Shown: in pieces, positions 50,267 through 59,900 of the stretch
Layout of the letters: the number at the start of each line of letters is the position of its first letter
Numbering within the stretch: the stretch's first letter is position 1
Notes under the pieces: generated by a model
Databases searched by the model: none
What the model saw: only the letters and a program-made list of their open reading frames with translations
Told to the model about the DNA's origin: nothing
Program-made: the position numbers and the translations under genes
Source of the DNA: an uncultured archaeon
GTDB taxonomy: Archaea > Thermoproteota > Bathyarchaeia > Bathyarchaeales > Bathycorpusculaceae
Length of the DNA stretch: 64,000 nucleotides
Direction: 5' to 3'
Assembly (NCBI GenBank): GCA_963782915.1
Contig: CAWALK010000020.1
Span: forward strand, 390,487 to 454,486

Positions 50267-50536
50267 ATGCCTTTGTCAACCTATGCAGAGGGTATGTTTC
50301 GTTGTGTTAATACTTTAGCGATTATTTTTTTTGGGCAAGTCTTGAAGTCCCTTTGATTTTGATTTACGTACAGCGAATGTTTCGTATTCGAAAAGTGGGG
50401 CTCTTTTATGCATTCAGGTTTCTCCTATTTAGAAGATAAGAGCTTTTATCGGCATTAAGGCCTTTGAAGGTAGAATCTATAGATAGATATAGAATATATA
50501 GGAAAGATTAAATTTCACAAAGATTCACCTAGAATT

Positions 50537-51001
50537 ATGAATTCTTCAACACTCAGGGACAAAGGTTTCGTAGAATTTGTTCCGATTAAACAGTTATCGT
50601 TTTCAGCTATTCCATTAGACAAACTCGTAGTTTTAGCTCTAGCTGATAGTTCCTCTACTGAAAAATCAACATCAGATCTTTTATTCATAGGTAAATCAAA
50701 GAAACCCGCAAAAAGAATCTTCGCCGGATACTTTGCGGGGTATGGTGGAAAAACAAGCAAAAAAATCAACTCCAAACTTTTTAAAGATGGATATCTGGAG
50801 AAGGTTTCAGTCAGCTGGATGCTAAGTGATGACCCCAAGGCAGCCCAAAAGCAATTACTGGAAGAGTTCAAGAAAGAGCACGGGCAATTTCCTGAATGGA
50901 ATTCACCCAGTAAAAAAGCTGAGAAACCAACTGTTGTAAAGAAAAAAATGCAGGCACATCCGACTAAAAAGCCAGCTATAGTGACAAAATCTCCAGCCTA
51001 A
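50537..51001 (+). CDS. GIY-YIG-like protein (degenerate) with Lys/Pro-rich tail
   Basis: LLFIGKS....R, then LL..FKKEHGQFPEWN; first Tyr motif and catalytic Glu appear absent. Confidence 0.55.
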   Translation: MNSSTLRDKGFVEFVPIKQLSFSAIPLDKLVVLALADSSSTEKSTSDLLFIGKSKKPAKRIFAGYFAGYGGKTSKKINSKLFKDGYLEKVSVSWMLSDDPKAAQKQLLEEFKKEHGQFPEWNSPSKKAEKPTVVKKKMQAHPTKKPAIVTKSPA

Positions 51002-51242
51002 CCCCAAAAACAATTTGTTTTCAGATTCACCCTTCTCTTTGTGGGTCTCATTCATTGTTGCAGCAGCAGATATACGCTCGGAATTCTTCGTCAAGTGCAA
51101 TAAAAAGCTACCATTAACTAACTTTGTAACCTACCGTGTACGTACCTTGACAAACTAGTCTTTAATTTGTAAATTGGAATAACAGGGAGTAATATTGTGG
51201 TAAGTAGTACAGAGCTAGATCGATTCTGAAATTCTCTGTAGC

Positions 51243-51887
51243 TTATCCTAGATTGGTTTTTTCTCCTGTCACTATATAGAGAATGGATTCACAGATGTAT
51301 ACGGCGTGGTCGGCTATACGTTCAAAGTAGCGTGTGACAAGTATGCTTGAGGCGAGACATTTACTATTAGATGTTTCTTGGCTGATTAACCTATTAACGT
51401 ATTCAAGATACATCCGATCCACTTCGCGTTCTGTTGGTGTTATAGTTTTGGCAAGGGCAACATCATGTCTGCGGAGCGAATCTATGCTTATTTTAACCAT
51501 AGAGAGAACTTTTTCACTCATCTCTGAGAGACATTGTTTTGTCCATGATTCACACTGTGTTAAGCCGCCTAGTTGGTCGCCGATTGTGGTTATGTCTAGG
51601 GCGTATCTGCTGTATCTTGCGAAGTCGTTACCGATTTTCATATAAGATTTTATGGCACGAAGGTCTGAAGCGACGGGTTGGAAACGTGCGATTAACTCAA
51701 AGGTTTTATCCTCTACTTTTGCGGCCATGGAAACGATTACTTCTGACATTTCTCTAACTTGGGCTTGGACACTTCTGCCTTCTAAGTAGCCATGTATGGA
51801 TAATGCAAGGGTTTCGTAGGTTAACTCGCCCATCTTAGCAAGTAGGGTTGATTGTTCTTCTAATCCACTGTCAATTATTCTGCTCAT
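51243..51887 (-). CDS. phoU: Phosphate uptake regulator PhoU
   Basis: QPVASDLR, EVDRMY, ERIADHA..I.E...YIVTG. Confidence 0.93.
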   Translation of the reverse strand: MSRIIDSGLEEQSTLLAKMGELTYETLALSIHGYLEGRSVQAQVREMSEVIVSMAAKVEDKTFELIARFQPVASDLRAIKSYMKIGNDFARYSRYALDITTIGDQLGGLTQCESWTKQCLSEMSEKVLSMVKISIDSLRRHDVALAKTITPTEREVDRMYLEYVNRLISQETSNSKCLASSILVTRYFERIADHAVYICESILYIVTGEKTNLG

Positions 51888-51900
51888 ATGGTTTTCCTCT

Positions 51901-52687
51901 TTAGCTGAATTCTCCTGTTATATACTTCTCTGTCAGTTCGTTTTTGGGTGACTCAAAGATGTCTTTGGTTTTGCCATACTCGATTAAGCTGCCAAGGTAC
52001 ATGAAGGCGGTGTTTTCTGAAACTCTGGATGCCTGCTGCATGTTATGAGTTACTATAATCACTGTGTAATCACGCTTTAATTCTACTACTAGCCGCTCAA
52101 TTTTTGCGGTGGCAATAGGGTCCAAGGCGGAGCAGGGTTCATCCATCAAGATAACTTCAGGTTGCAGGGCGATGGCGCGGGCGATGCAGAGTCGTTGTTG
52201 TTGACCGCCTGAGATGCTTGTGCCGGGTTTTTTTAGGTCATCTTTAACTTCATCCCAAAGTGAAGCTTTTTCTAGGCTGCGTTTGACGATTTCGTCGAGG
52301 TTCTTGCCTTTTTTTGCTCCGGTTAGTTTGAGTCCTGCGGCAACGTTGTCGTAGATGGACATTGTTGGGAAAGGGTTTGGTTTCTGGAAAACCATACCGA
52401 CTCTTCGGCGTATCATAACTGGGTCAACGTTTTTGCTGTAGATGTCTTCGCCGTCAAGTAGGATTCGCCCGGTCATTTTGGCGTTTGGGACAAGTTCATG
52501 CATGCGGTTTAGGCATCGGATTAGGGTGGATTTGCCGCAGCCTGATGGTCCAATGATTGCGGTTACGGCGTTTGCTTTGAAGCCTATGTTGATGTCTTTT
52601 AGGACCTGCTTTGGTGCCAAACCAGCCGTTTAAGCCGATAGTTTGCATTTTATAGGTTAAATCTACGTTTTCTTGTTTGGTGGTCAT
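51901..52687 (-). CDS. pstB: Phosphate ABC transporter ATPase (indel near 52625)
   Basis: [50 protein letters not shown]. Confidence 0.96.
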
Positions 52688-53516
52688 TTTTTGAATCTTC
52701 CTCTACTTGCAACTCTAACTAAGATGTTTAGTGCTAACACGATTAAGATGAGAATCAAAGCTGCACCCCAGCCTTGAGCTTGACGTTTGCGTATGGTTGA
52801 AGCGAATCTCGCCAGATTTCAAGAGGTAACGCAGCCATAGGTTCGGTTAAGCCTTGGAAGAAGTACCTGTTACCCAAGATAGTAATGATTAGGGGTGCGG
52901 TTTCGCCGGCGACTCTGGCTATTGCGAGCAGTGTGCCGGTGATTAAACCGCTTTTTGCTGAGGGTAATATGACACTAAGTGTTGTTCGCCATTTGTGTAC
53001 GCCTAAGGCGAGGGAAGCTTCCCGGATGTTGTTGGGTACAAGTTTGAGTGATTCTTCTGTTGTTCTCGCAACGACGGGGATTAGGATAAATGCTAATGCG
53101 ATTGCGCCCGCGATTGCACTATAGCTTCCAATTAATGCGATGACGATGACGCCGTATGCAGTTACACCCACGATAATCGAGGGAGAACTTGTTAGAGTGT
53201 TGTTTATAGTGCGCATGGTGGATCCATAGTGATTGTCGCCGTATTCGGCTAGGTATATGCCTGAGATTATGCCGATTGGGACGCCGATGAGACTGGTTAA
53301 GCCGATTAGGATTAGTGTGCCTTGTATGGCAGGTCCAATACCGCCAGTGGCATTGGTTCCAGTTATAAAGCCTATGCTTAGTTGAGGTGCACCTCGTAGT
53401 ATAACTTCCCAAAGAATGCTGAGTAATGGCACAACGGCTAAGACTATGCATATTGCGCATATGACAAAGAAGAGGCGGTTCTTGAATTTTCTGAAGGCAT
53501 AACTGTTTAGGTTCAC
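52684..53516 (-). CDS. pstA: Phosphate ABC transporter permease PstA (indel near 52785)
   Basis: GIYLAEY, PSIIVG, REASLALG, ARVAGETAP; a shifted frame gives GWGAALILI...FKK* at 52684. Confidence 0.94.
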
Positions 53517-54487
53517 TCTATTGCGCCTCCCTTAACCTTGAGCACCCTCGTCACCATCAAATGTGCTCCAAAGTTGATGGCTAAGCTCATGACAAGCAAG
53601 ATTAAGCCGACACCGATGTAGGCTGAGATTTCCAATGAACCTGTAGCTTCCAAGAAGCCATTGGCAATTAGTGACGCCATGGTTTGTCCGGGTTTAAAGA
53701 GCGATGTTGGCATGGCTGCTGGGCCAGTTGCGTTGCCGATGAGCATGGCTACCGCCAAGGTTTCGCCGACTGCTCTGCCTAAGCCCAATATGACTGCGCC
53801 AAATATTCCTGAGCGGCCATAGCTTATTACCCAGTGGCGTATGACTTCCCATTTTGTTGCGCCGATGCTGTAGGCGCCTTCTCGGATGCTGTTTGGTACT
53901 GCGCTTATAACTTCCCGTGAGATTGAGGCAATTGTGGGGATTATCATGATGGCTAATATGCATCCGGCGGTGAAGATGTCTAAACCGATGGGTGATCCGC
54001 TAAATATCGGAATCCAACCCAGATAGGTATTGATGGGTATTTCTATGTAGTTTAGTATGAAAAAGCGAAAGATGAAAAGCCCCCAAAGGCCATAGATGAC
54101 GCTTGGAACTGCAGCTAAGAGTTCAACTAAATAGCTTATTGGAACTCGAAGTTGTCGTGGGGCCATTTCTACAAGGAACACGGCTATGCCTATGCTCAAT
54201 GGTACCGCTATAATGAGTGCTATTGATGAGGTGACAAGGGTACCCAGAAGGTATGGTAGGGCACCGAAGGCTTCTCTGCCTTCTACTGGGTTCCATGCAG
54301 TGCCCACAAAAAAGTTTGCTCCAAAGGTCTGTATAACCGGCGCTGAACCGGAGGTGAGGACATATCCTGTGATGATTAGGATGACTAATGCTGATGCTGC
54401 TATTACGGCGGCTAAGTTTTGGAAAACAAAGTCGCCAGTAACTTTAATTTTTTTAGTAAGAAACTTTGGGTTTAATTTTTGAAACAG
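53513..54487 (-). CDS. pstC: Phosphate ABC transporter permease PstC
   Basis: ELLAAVPSVIYGLWG, LGLGRAVGET; frame open upstream (first TM) to CTG 54487, preceded by GGTGG. Confidence 0.94.
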   Translation of the reverse strand: MFQKLNPKFLTKKIKVTGDFVFQNLAAVIAASALVILIITGYVLTSGSAPVIQTFGANFFVGTAWNPVEGREAFGALPYLLGTLVTSSIALIIAVPLSIGIAVFLVEMAPRQLRVPISYLVELLAAVPSVIYGLWGLFIFRFFILNYIEIPINTYLGWIPIFSGSPIGLDIFTAGCILAIMIIPTIASISREVISAVPNSIREGAYSIGATKWEVIRHWVISYGRSGIFGAVILGLGRAVGETLAVAMLIGNATGPAAMPTSLFKPGQTMASLIANGFLEATGSLEISAYIGVGLILLVMSLAINFGAHLMVTRVLKVKGGAIE

Positions 54488-54498
54488 GGCTATTCCAC

Positions 54499-55611
54499 CT
54501 ATGAAGTGGGTAGAGTTTGTCCATTGAAGGTTATTGACGCAATCGTTGTTTCATCGAGTTGTACTACGTTGTTTGGTAGTGGTGCATATCCGAGTGCAGG
54601 TCCCAATGCTTGTCCGTCGTGGATTACATAAGAGAGAAATTGCACGAGTGCTGTGGCTTGTTGTTCGGTTAGATTCGGGATTACGTTGAGTTCTTTGTAG
54701 ACGATCAGGTAGGTAAAGCTTACAATTGGGTATGCGTTTGCATCGCCTGTGTTGAGTAGGTTCACGCTTGTCCAGCTTGCACTGCCGGCTGGTAATCCAG
54801 TGACTGCTTGGGCTGCTGCTGTTGTTGATGCTAATGTTGGGAGGATATAGTTTCCTGATGGGTTTTGGACTGCTGCTACGGTCATACCGTTTGTTACTGC
54901 ATATGCAAGTTCAACGTAGCCGATTGCATATTGTGTGCTGTTGACTGTTGATGCTACACCTGTGTTGCCGTTTTGGCCAATTCCGCCTGTCCAAGATACT
55001 GATTTGCCTGAGCCGATTGTGGTGTTCCATGATGTGCTTGCTTTACTTAGGTAGCTTGTGAAGATGAATGTGGTTCCTGAGCCGTCTGAGCGGTGGACTG
55101 TTGTGATGACTTGGTTTGGAAGGGTGATGCCGGGGTTTAAGTTTTGAATTGCGGCATCGTTCCATTTTGTAATTGTTCCTTGGAAGATGTCTGCGATGAC
55201 CTGTCCGCTAAGTTTTAGTCCCGAGGATACACCTGGTAGGTTGTATGCGATGGTTACTGCACCGATTGTTTCAGGAATGTGGAGTGCGTTTGGTGCGTTT
55301 GTGGTTTCAGAGGCGGTTAGGGGTGCATCTGAGCCTGTGAAATCAGTGTTTTTGCTCTTTAAATCCGAGATTCCGCCGCCGCTTCCGATTGCTTGATAGT
55401 TTATTTGGACGTTTGATTTTATTGTTTGGTAATGTGTTATGGTGCTGTTTAGGAATGGATATGGGAATGTTGCGCCTGAACCGTTTAGTGTTACTGTGGC
55501 TTCGGTTGCGCCTGGTTGGGAAAGATATGCGTATGCTGCTACTGCACTTATTGCTATGACTATTGCAAGGATTGCGCCTATAATGGTATATTTAGTACTC
55601 ATATTTTTCAC
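54499..55611 (-). CDS. pstS: Phosphate-binding protein PstS
   Basis: GSGATFPYP, IGSGGG, GSDAPL, HRSDGSGTT, IGYVE, YPIVSFTY. Confidence 0.96.
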   Translation of the reverse strand: MKNMSTKYTIIGAILAIVIAISAVAAYAYLSQPGATEATVTLNGSGATFPYPFLNSTITHYQTIKSNVQINYQAIGSGGGISDLKSKNTDFTGSDAPLTASETTNAPNALHIPETIGAVTIAYNLPGVSSGLKLSGQVIADIFQGTITKWNDAAIQNLNPGITLPNQVITTVHRSDGSGTTFIFTSYLSKASTSWNTTIGSGKSVSWTGGIGQNGNTGVASTVNSTQYAIGYVELAYAVTNGMTVAAVQNPSGNYILPTLASTTAAAQAVTGLPAGSASWTSVNLLNTGDANAYPIVSFTYLIVYKELNVIPNLTEQQATALVQFLSYVIHDGQALGPALGYAPLPNNVVQLDETTIASITFNGQTLPTS

Positions 55612-55698
55612 TCTTGTTTTTGTTTACCATTACAAGCTCCATTTGTTATATAGTAAATCTCCATAAACTTTATAGTCTATATAGATATAACTAATATA

Positions 55699-56787
55699 AT
55701 GATTGACCATAGAAAGAGTAACTTGGAGTCAAGCGTGACAACAATAGCAACGGAAAAATTAAATGAAGAACAACGCAAACTACAGGTCACTGGCGGATCA
55801 ACATTTATTCTCTCGCTTCCAAAGGATTGGGCCATCAAAAACGAGCTTAAACGAGGCAGCTCTATGCTGGTCCGGGAAGAAGAAGACGGTTCACTATCAA
55901 TCACACCTTCCAGTTTTCCTCAAAAAGAAAAACAAGACGAAGCCTACATCAAAGTAACACAAAACGACAACCCCGACGCAGTAATGCGCACTGCGATCTC
56001 AGCCTACCTAAACGGCTACAACGTCCTACACGTAAAAGCGCAAGGACAAAAATTGCTCTCCTCCAAAACACGCAACCACCTTAAAAATTTTGCCAGAAAC
56101 TACCTAGTCGGCACAGAAATAGTCATAGACACCCAAACCGAATTAACCCTCCAAGTGTTGCTGAACTATCCTGAACTTACCGTACAGAATGCGCTAAGCC
56201 GCATGTCAATCATTGCTTCATCTATGCATAAAGAGGCCATGGCTGCACTCAAAGAACTCGATTATGGCAGCTCCAAAGAAGTTATCGAAACTGACCGCGA
56301 AGTAAACCGTTTTGCACTCTATATTGTGCGGCTGTTAAAAATAGCTGTTTCTAACCAGAGGATCGTTAGAGACATCGGTATTGAATCGCAGAAGGAATGC
56401 TTAGGGTACAGGTTGATTGCAAAGTCTGTTGAGCGAACTGCAGATCACTCAACAAAAATTGCTGAAAACACTCTGTTGTTAAAGGACCCAGTAAATGCGG
56501 AAGTCTTTGAGAAGTTATTTTCACTTAGCAATTTAGCAAACTCGATGTTCGAGAGTTCCATGGAAGCTCTTTTCAAACATGACTTTAACTTGGCAGAAAA
56601 TGTCATTGAAAAGTTAAGTCAAGTTCAGCAGTTAGACAAAGAGACGGTTCTCAGCTTACCCAACGCAAAGGTTGATGAGATGGTAAATTTGAGGTTGATT
56701 ATTGAGAGTATTAGGCGGATTGCGGAGTATGCCAGTGACATCTCTGAGGTTGTGCTCAACATGAACGTTGAGTCGGTTTTAAGTTAA
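55699..56787 (+). CDS. AbrB/SpoVT-PhoU fusion phosphate regulator
   Basis: RKLQVTGGSTFILSLPKDW AbrB domain plus two PhoU repeats (ERTADH, RRIAEY). Confidence 0.93.
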   Translation: MIDHRKSNLESSVTTIATEKLNEEQRKLQVTGGSTFILSLPKDWAIKNELKRGSSMLVREEEDGSLSITPSSFPQKEKQDEAYIKVTQNDNPDAVMRTAISAYLNGYNVLHVKAQGQKLLSSKTRNHLKNFARNYLVGTEIVIDTQTELTLQVLLNYPELTVQNALSRMSIIASSMHKEAMAALKELDYGSSKEVIETDREVNRFALYIVRLLKIAVSNQRIVRDIGIESQKECLGYRLIAKSVERTADHSTKIAENTLLLKDPVNAEVFEKLFSLSNLANSMFESSMEALFKHDFNLAENVIEKLSQVQQLDKETVLSLPNAKVDEMVNLRLIIESIRRIAEYASDISEVVLNMNVESVLS

Positions 56788-56949
56788 ATCCAAAATTTTT
56801 TATTATTTTTTAAAATATTAAAAGCGATTGCTTCAACTGCATTGAGTTTCCATTGGCTCATAAAATAGCCCTAATGGATGACAGAATTATGCGGTGCAAT
56901 AAACACTGAAAGTTCTTTAAAAAAATAAAAAAGAAAAGTTTAGGGTTGT

Positions 56950-58225
56950 TTAGGTTGTGGGCAAACTTTGCCCGTTGAAGGTTATCGATTGTATTGTTGC
57001 TTCATCGATTTGCACTACGTTTGCTGGCAGTGATGCGTATGATAAGCCTGGTGCTAAGCTTTGGCCGCTGTGAACCATGTACCATAGGAACCGTACTAGT
57101 CCTGCTGCTTCTGCTTGTGTTATGTTGGGTATTGCGTTGAGTTCTTTGTAGACTATGATGTAGCTGAAGCTTACGATTGGGTAGGAGTCTGTGCCTGCTG
57201 CATTGAGGATGTTTACGCCTGTCCAACTTGCACTGCCTGCTGGTAAGCCTGCGGATGCAACTGATTGTGCAGCTGCAGTTGTTGAGGCTAATGTTGGCAT
57301 TACCCATGTTCCCGCGGGGTTTTGGATTGCTGCTACTTTCATCGAGTTGGCTATTGTGTAGGCTAATTCAACGTAGCCAATGGTGTATGCGTTGCCTTCT
57401 ACGATTCCGGCGACGCCTGAGTTGCCGCTAGAGGCTAATCCTGCAACTGGCCATGACACTGATTTGCCTTGTGAAACGCTTGTACTCCATGTGGAGCTTA
57501 CTGCACTGAGGTATCCTGTGAAGACAAAGGTTGTTCCTGAACTTTCAGAGCGGTGGACTGGAACTATGTCTTTGTCTGGTAGAGTTGTGGTTGGGTTGAG
57601 AGCTTGGATTGCTGCGTCGTTCCATTTTGTGATTGTTCCGAGGTATATTTTTGCGATGACTTCACCTGTTAAGTGTAGGCCTGTTGGGATTCCTGGTAGG
57701 TTGTATGCCATGGTTACTGCGCCGATGGTTTCTGGGATATGTAGTGTGTTGGGTAGGTTTGCTGGCTTCTGTGGCGCTTAAGGGTGCGTCTGAGCCTGCG
57801 AAGTCAACGGTTTTTTCTGTTAATGCTTTGATTCCGCCGCCGCTGCCTATGGATTGGTAGTTTACTTGTGCCCAGGTTCTGGTTGCTGTGTAGTCTGTGA
57901 TCATTGCGCCGATGAGTGGGTATGGGAAGGTTGCTCCTGCTCCGTTGAGTGATGCTGGTTCGGGGGTTGGTGTTGGGCTAGGCGAGGCTGTTGGAGCCGC
58001 AGTTGGGGCTACTGTTGGCTTTGGTGTTGGGGTGTGGGTTGGGCTGGTTGTCGGTGAAGCCGTTGGGGTTGCTGTTGGGGTGACTGTTGGTGTAACAGTC
58101 GGGGTTGGTGTTGGGTTTGTGCCTGGTTGGCCTTGGGTTGGGCTTGATAAGTATATGTAACTGAACACTGCTACGACGATGATTACGATCGCGAGTGCGC
58201 CTATAATTTGGTATGATTTTTTCAT
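56950..58225 (-). CDS. pstS: Second PstS with Pro/Thr-rich stalk (indel near 57760)
   Basis: TM, (TP)n linker, GAGATFPYP, IGSGGG; second ORF has HRSESSGTT and IGYVE. Confidence 0.92.
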
Positions 58226-58282
58226 TGTTTTTCGTTCTCCCTATAGCTTCCTTGTAGGGGAACCGCGTAAAATAATCGATGA

Positions 58283-58334
58283 GCATAGAATACAGATGCC
58301 ACTATAGCTCAATATAGTGATGCATAGAATATAG
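58283..58334. promoter_or_regulatory. Phased ATAG repeats upstream of the second pstS
   Basis: ATAG at 58304, 58314 and 58324 (10-bp phase); GCATAGAATAYAG at 58283 and 58322. Confidence 0.5.
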
Positions 58335-58447
58335 CGAAGTACTGTTTCAAAAGCAAATAATGAGCTAAAAATCTGATTAAAAATATGAAAATAAAAATTG
58401 CTGGTTCTTACGCTTCCGTTTTGGCACTATTGTGCCGTCTGCTGAAT

Positions 58448-58660
58448 TTAGAATGATTCAAAGAAACAAATGACTTCTGGGCTTGGATAGACGCTAACGC
58501 TTGCGCTGTCTATTAGATGGGCTGTGCCATCTGGGCAGTAGACTTTGTCGCCCTGGTTTGCTCTTTGGAAGCGTTTGTTGCATGATTTTAGGCTTGAGCA
58601 GCCATCACAATCTCGTGATAACAATTTTGTTTTCATCTCCACTTTATTCAAAAATAACAT
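58448..58660 (-). CDS. Small Cys-rich protein
   Basis: CDGC....C...YCPDG.AH candidate metal-binding motif. Confidence 0.55.
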   Translation of the reverse strand: MLFLNKVEMKTKLLSRDCDGCSSLKSCNKRFQRANQGDKVYCPDGTAHLIDSASVSVYPSPEVICFFESF

Positions 58661-58805
58661 AGGGCCTTGGCTGCCTATAGAGTTAGCCTCTATAAAATAT
58701 ATAGTGATATAGAGAGCGTTCTCGCGGGAAATTCCTCGAAAGCCTTACAAGTACCATTTCACTCAAGCTTAGATTGCACAGAGTTGCACTTTTGGAGGCT
58801 TTTTT

Positions 58806-58967
58806 ATGTACTGTGAAATAATGGAATGCGAAGTCACGGTAGAATTGGGCAAATGCAACTTGAAGGTAGGTTCATTGCTTGGCCAAAGTTCTTGCCCCTA
58901 CAAAAACAGCGTTGCCTGCCCACTCAAAATAACTGACGAGTTACAGCCCATTAGCCAGCCCAGTTGA
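58806..58967 (+). CDS. Small Cys-rich protein (53 aa)
   Basis: MYCEIMECEVTVELGKCNLKVGSLLGQSSCPYKNSVACPLK...; GGAGG SD upstream. Confidence 0.5.
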   Translation: MYCEIMECEVTVELGKCNLKVGSLLGQSSCPYKNSVACPLKITDELQPISQPS

Positions 58968-59486
58968 ACAAAAATAATTAATAGAGGTATTTTGCCCCAG
59001 AATAGAGGTAACTATGTTCCTGCACCGACCAAAAACAGCGTGGTTCGAATACATAAACAAGCCAAAATAAGACCAAATTAAGTCGTATTTTATCCAAATA
59101 ACGCCCTACAATAGCCATCGATAATAGAAACCTAAAAACAGTGGGAATCCATAGGTAGACGAACTAAACCAAAAAATAAATTTGCCATCGCTCTTGAAAT
59201 TGGGTTTTTTAAAATTAAAGTCTTTCTTCTTTTTCGATCTCTATTAGCTTTCCTGAATCATCGCCTAGCTCTAAACACTTCATCGCAATTTGGTCTACGA
59301 AATAATCTAGTATTGCAGTAAGGTCATTCGAAGTTATTTGATTACATTCCGAATAGCCAGTTTCTCTCTCAATACGCCAATAAGCAGAGTCTTTAGCAAG
59401 TTTCAGGCCAAAACTATAGATGATTCAAAATGAAACGTATGCTTCTAAATATTTTGTGCGACTTTTTCCCTTGCACAATACTAAGC

Positions 59487-59720
59487 TCAAGGCTTTTTAA
59501 TTCCTTTTTTAAGCATTATATTCATTATGTTCATTTGCAATAAGATTTTAGCAGATTCGAGCCCGCCACCATGGTCATCTATGCCAATATAATGACCCTC
59601 ATAATTCGCTTCAATTATGCTGTTCCAATCCCTACTTTTGGGCATTTGATAAGTACGTCTAAATGTGTAAGTTATCGTTTCTCCATCAACTTCTAGTTCA
59701 CCAGTTATCGCTTTGCTCAT
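59487..59720 (-). CDS. Small hypothetical protein
   Basis: 77-aa ORF; no recognised motif. Confidence 0.45.
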   Translation of the reverse strand: MSKAITGELEVDGETITYTFRRTYQMPKSRDWNSIIEANYEGHYIGIDDHGGGLESAKILLQMNIMNIMLKKGIKKP

Positions 59721-59900
59721 TTATTTCACAGGAGTTCATTCTTCTTTTCGCTTTTTAATTTTTCCTCCAACAACAACCAAAAAACAGTTTAACCCCAACC
59801 CAAAACCCCTATGCCCAGACACCGCCACCTTACCACAGTTACTGGTAAACACTTAATAACTCCGTGCAATTCTTCAACTACCAAAGGAGAAAAAAAACAA

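Noticed and set aside
5221-57800. Numerous split genes (HMGCS, mre11, vapC, ABC permease, MetE-like, flavodoxin, pstA, pstB, second pstS) as programmed frameshifts or pseudogenes
   Set aside because: They are single-base indels, often in short homopolymers, scattered through essential genes with intact motifs on both sides. Uncorrected long-read errors are the simpler explanation; read polishing would decide.
57960-58125. GGTGTTGG-type tandem repeats as a DNA repeat element
   Set aside because: Fully explained by the Pro/Thr linker codons of the second PstS.
59030-59060. GGTTCGAAT as a tRNA T-loop or att site
   Set aside because: No T-stem pairing, acceptor stem or D/anticodon arms around it.
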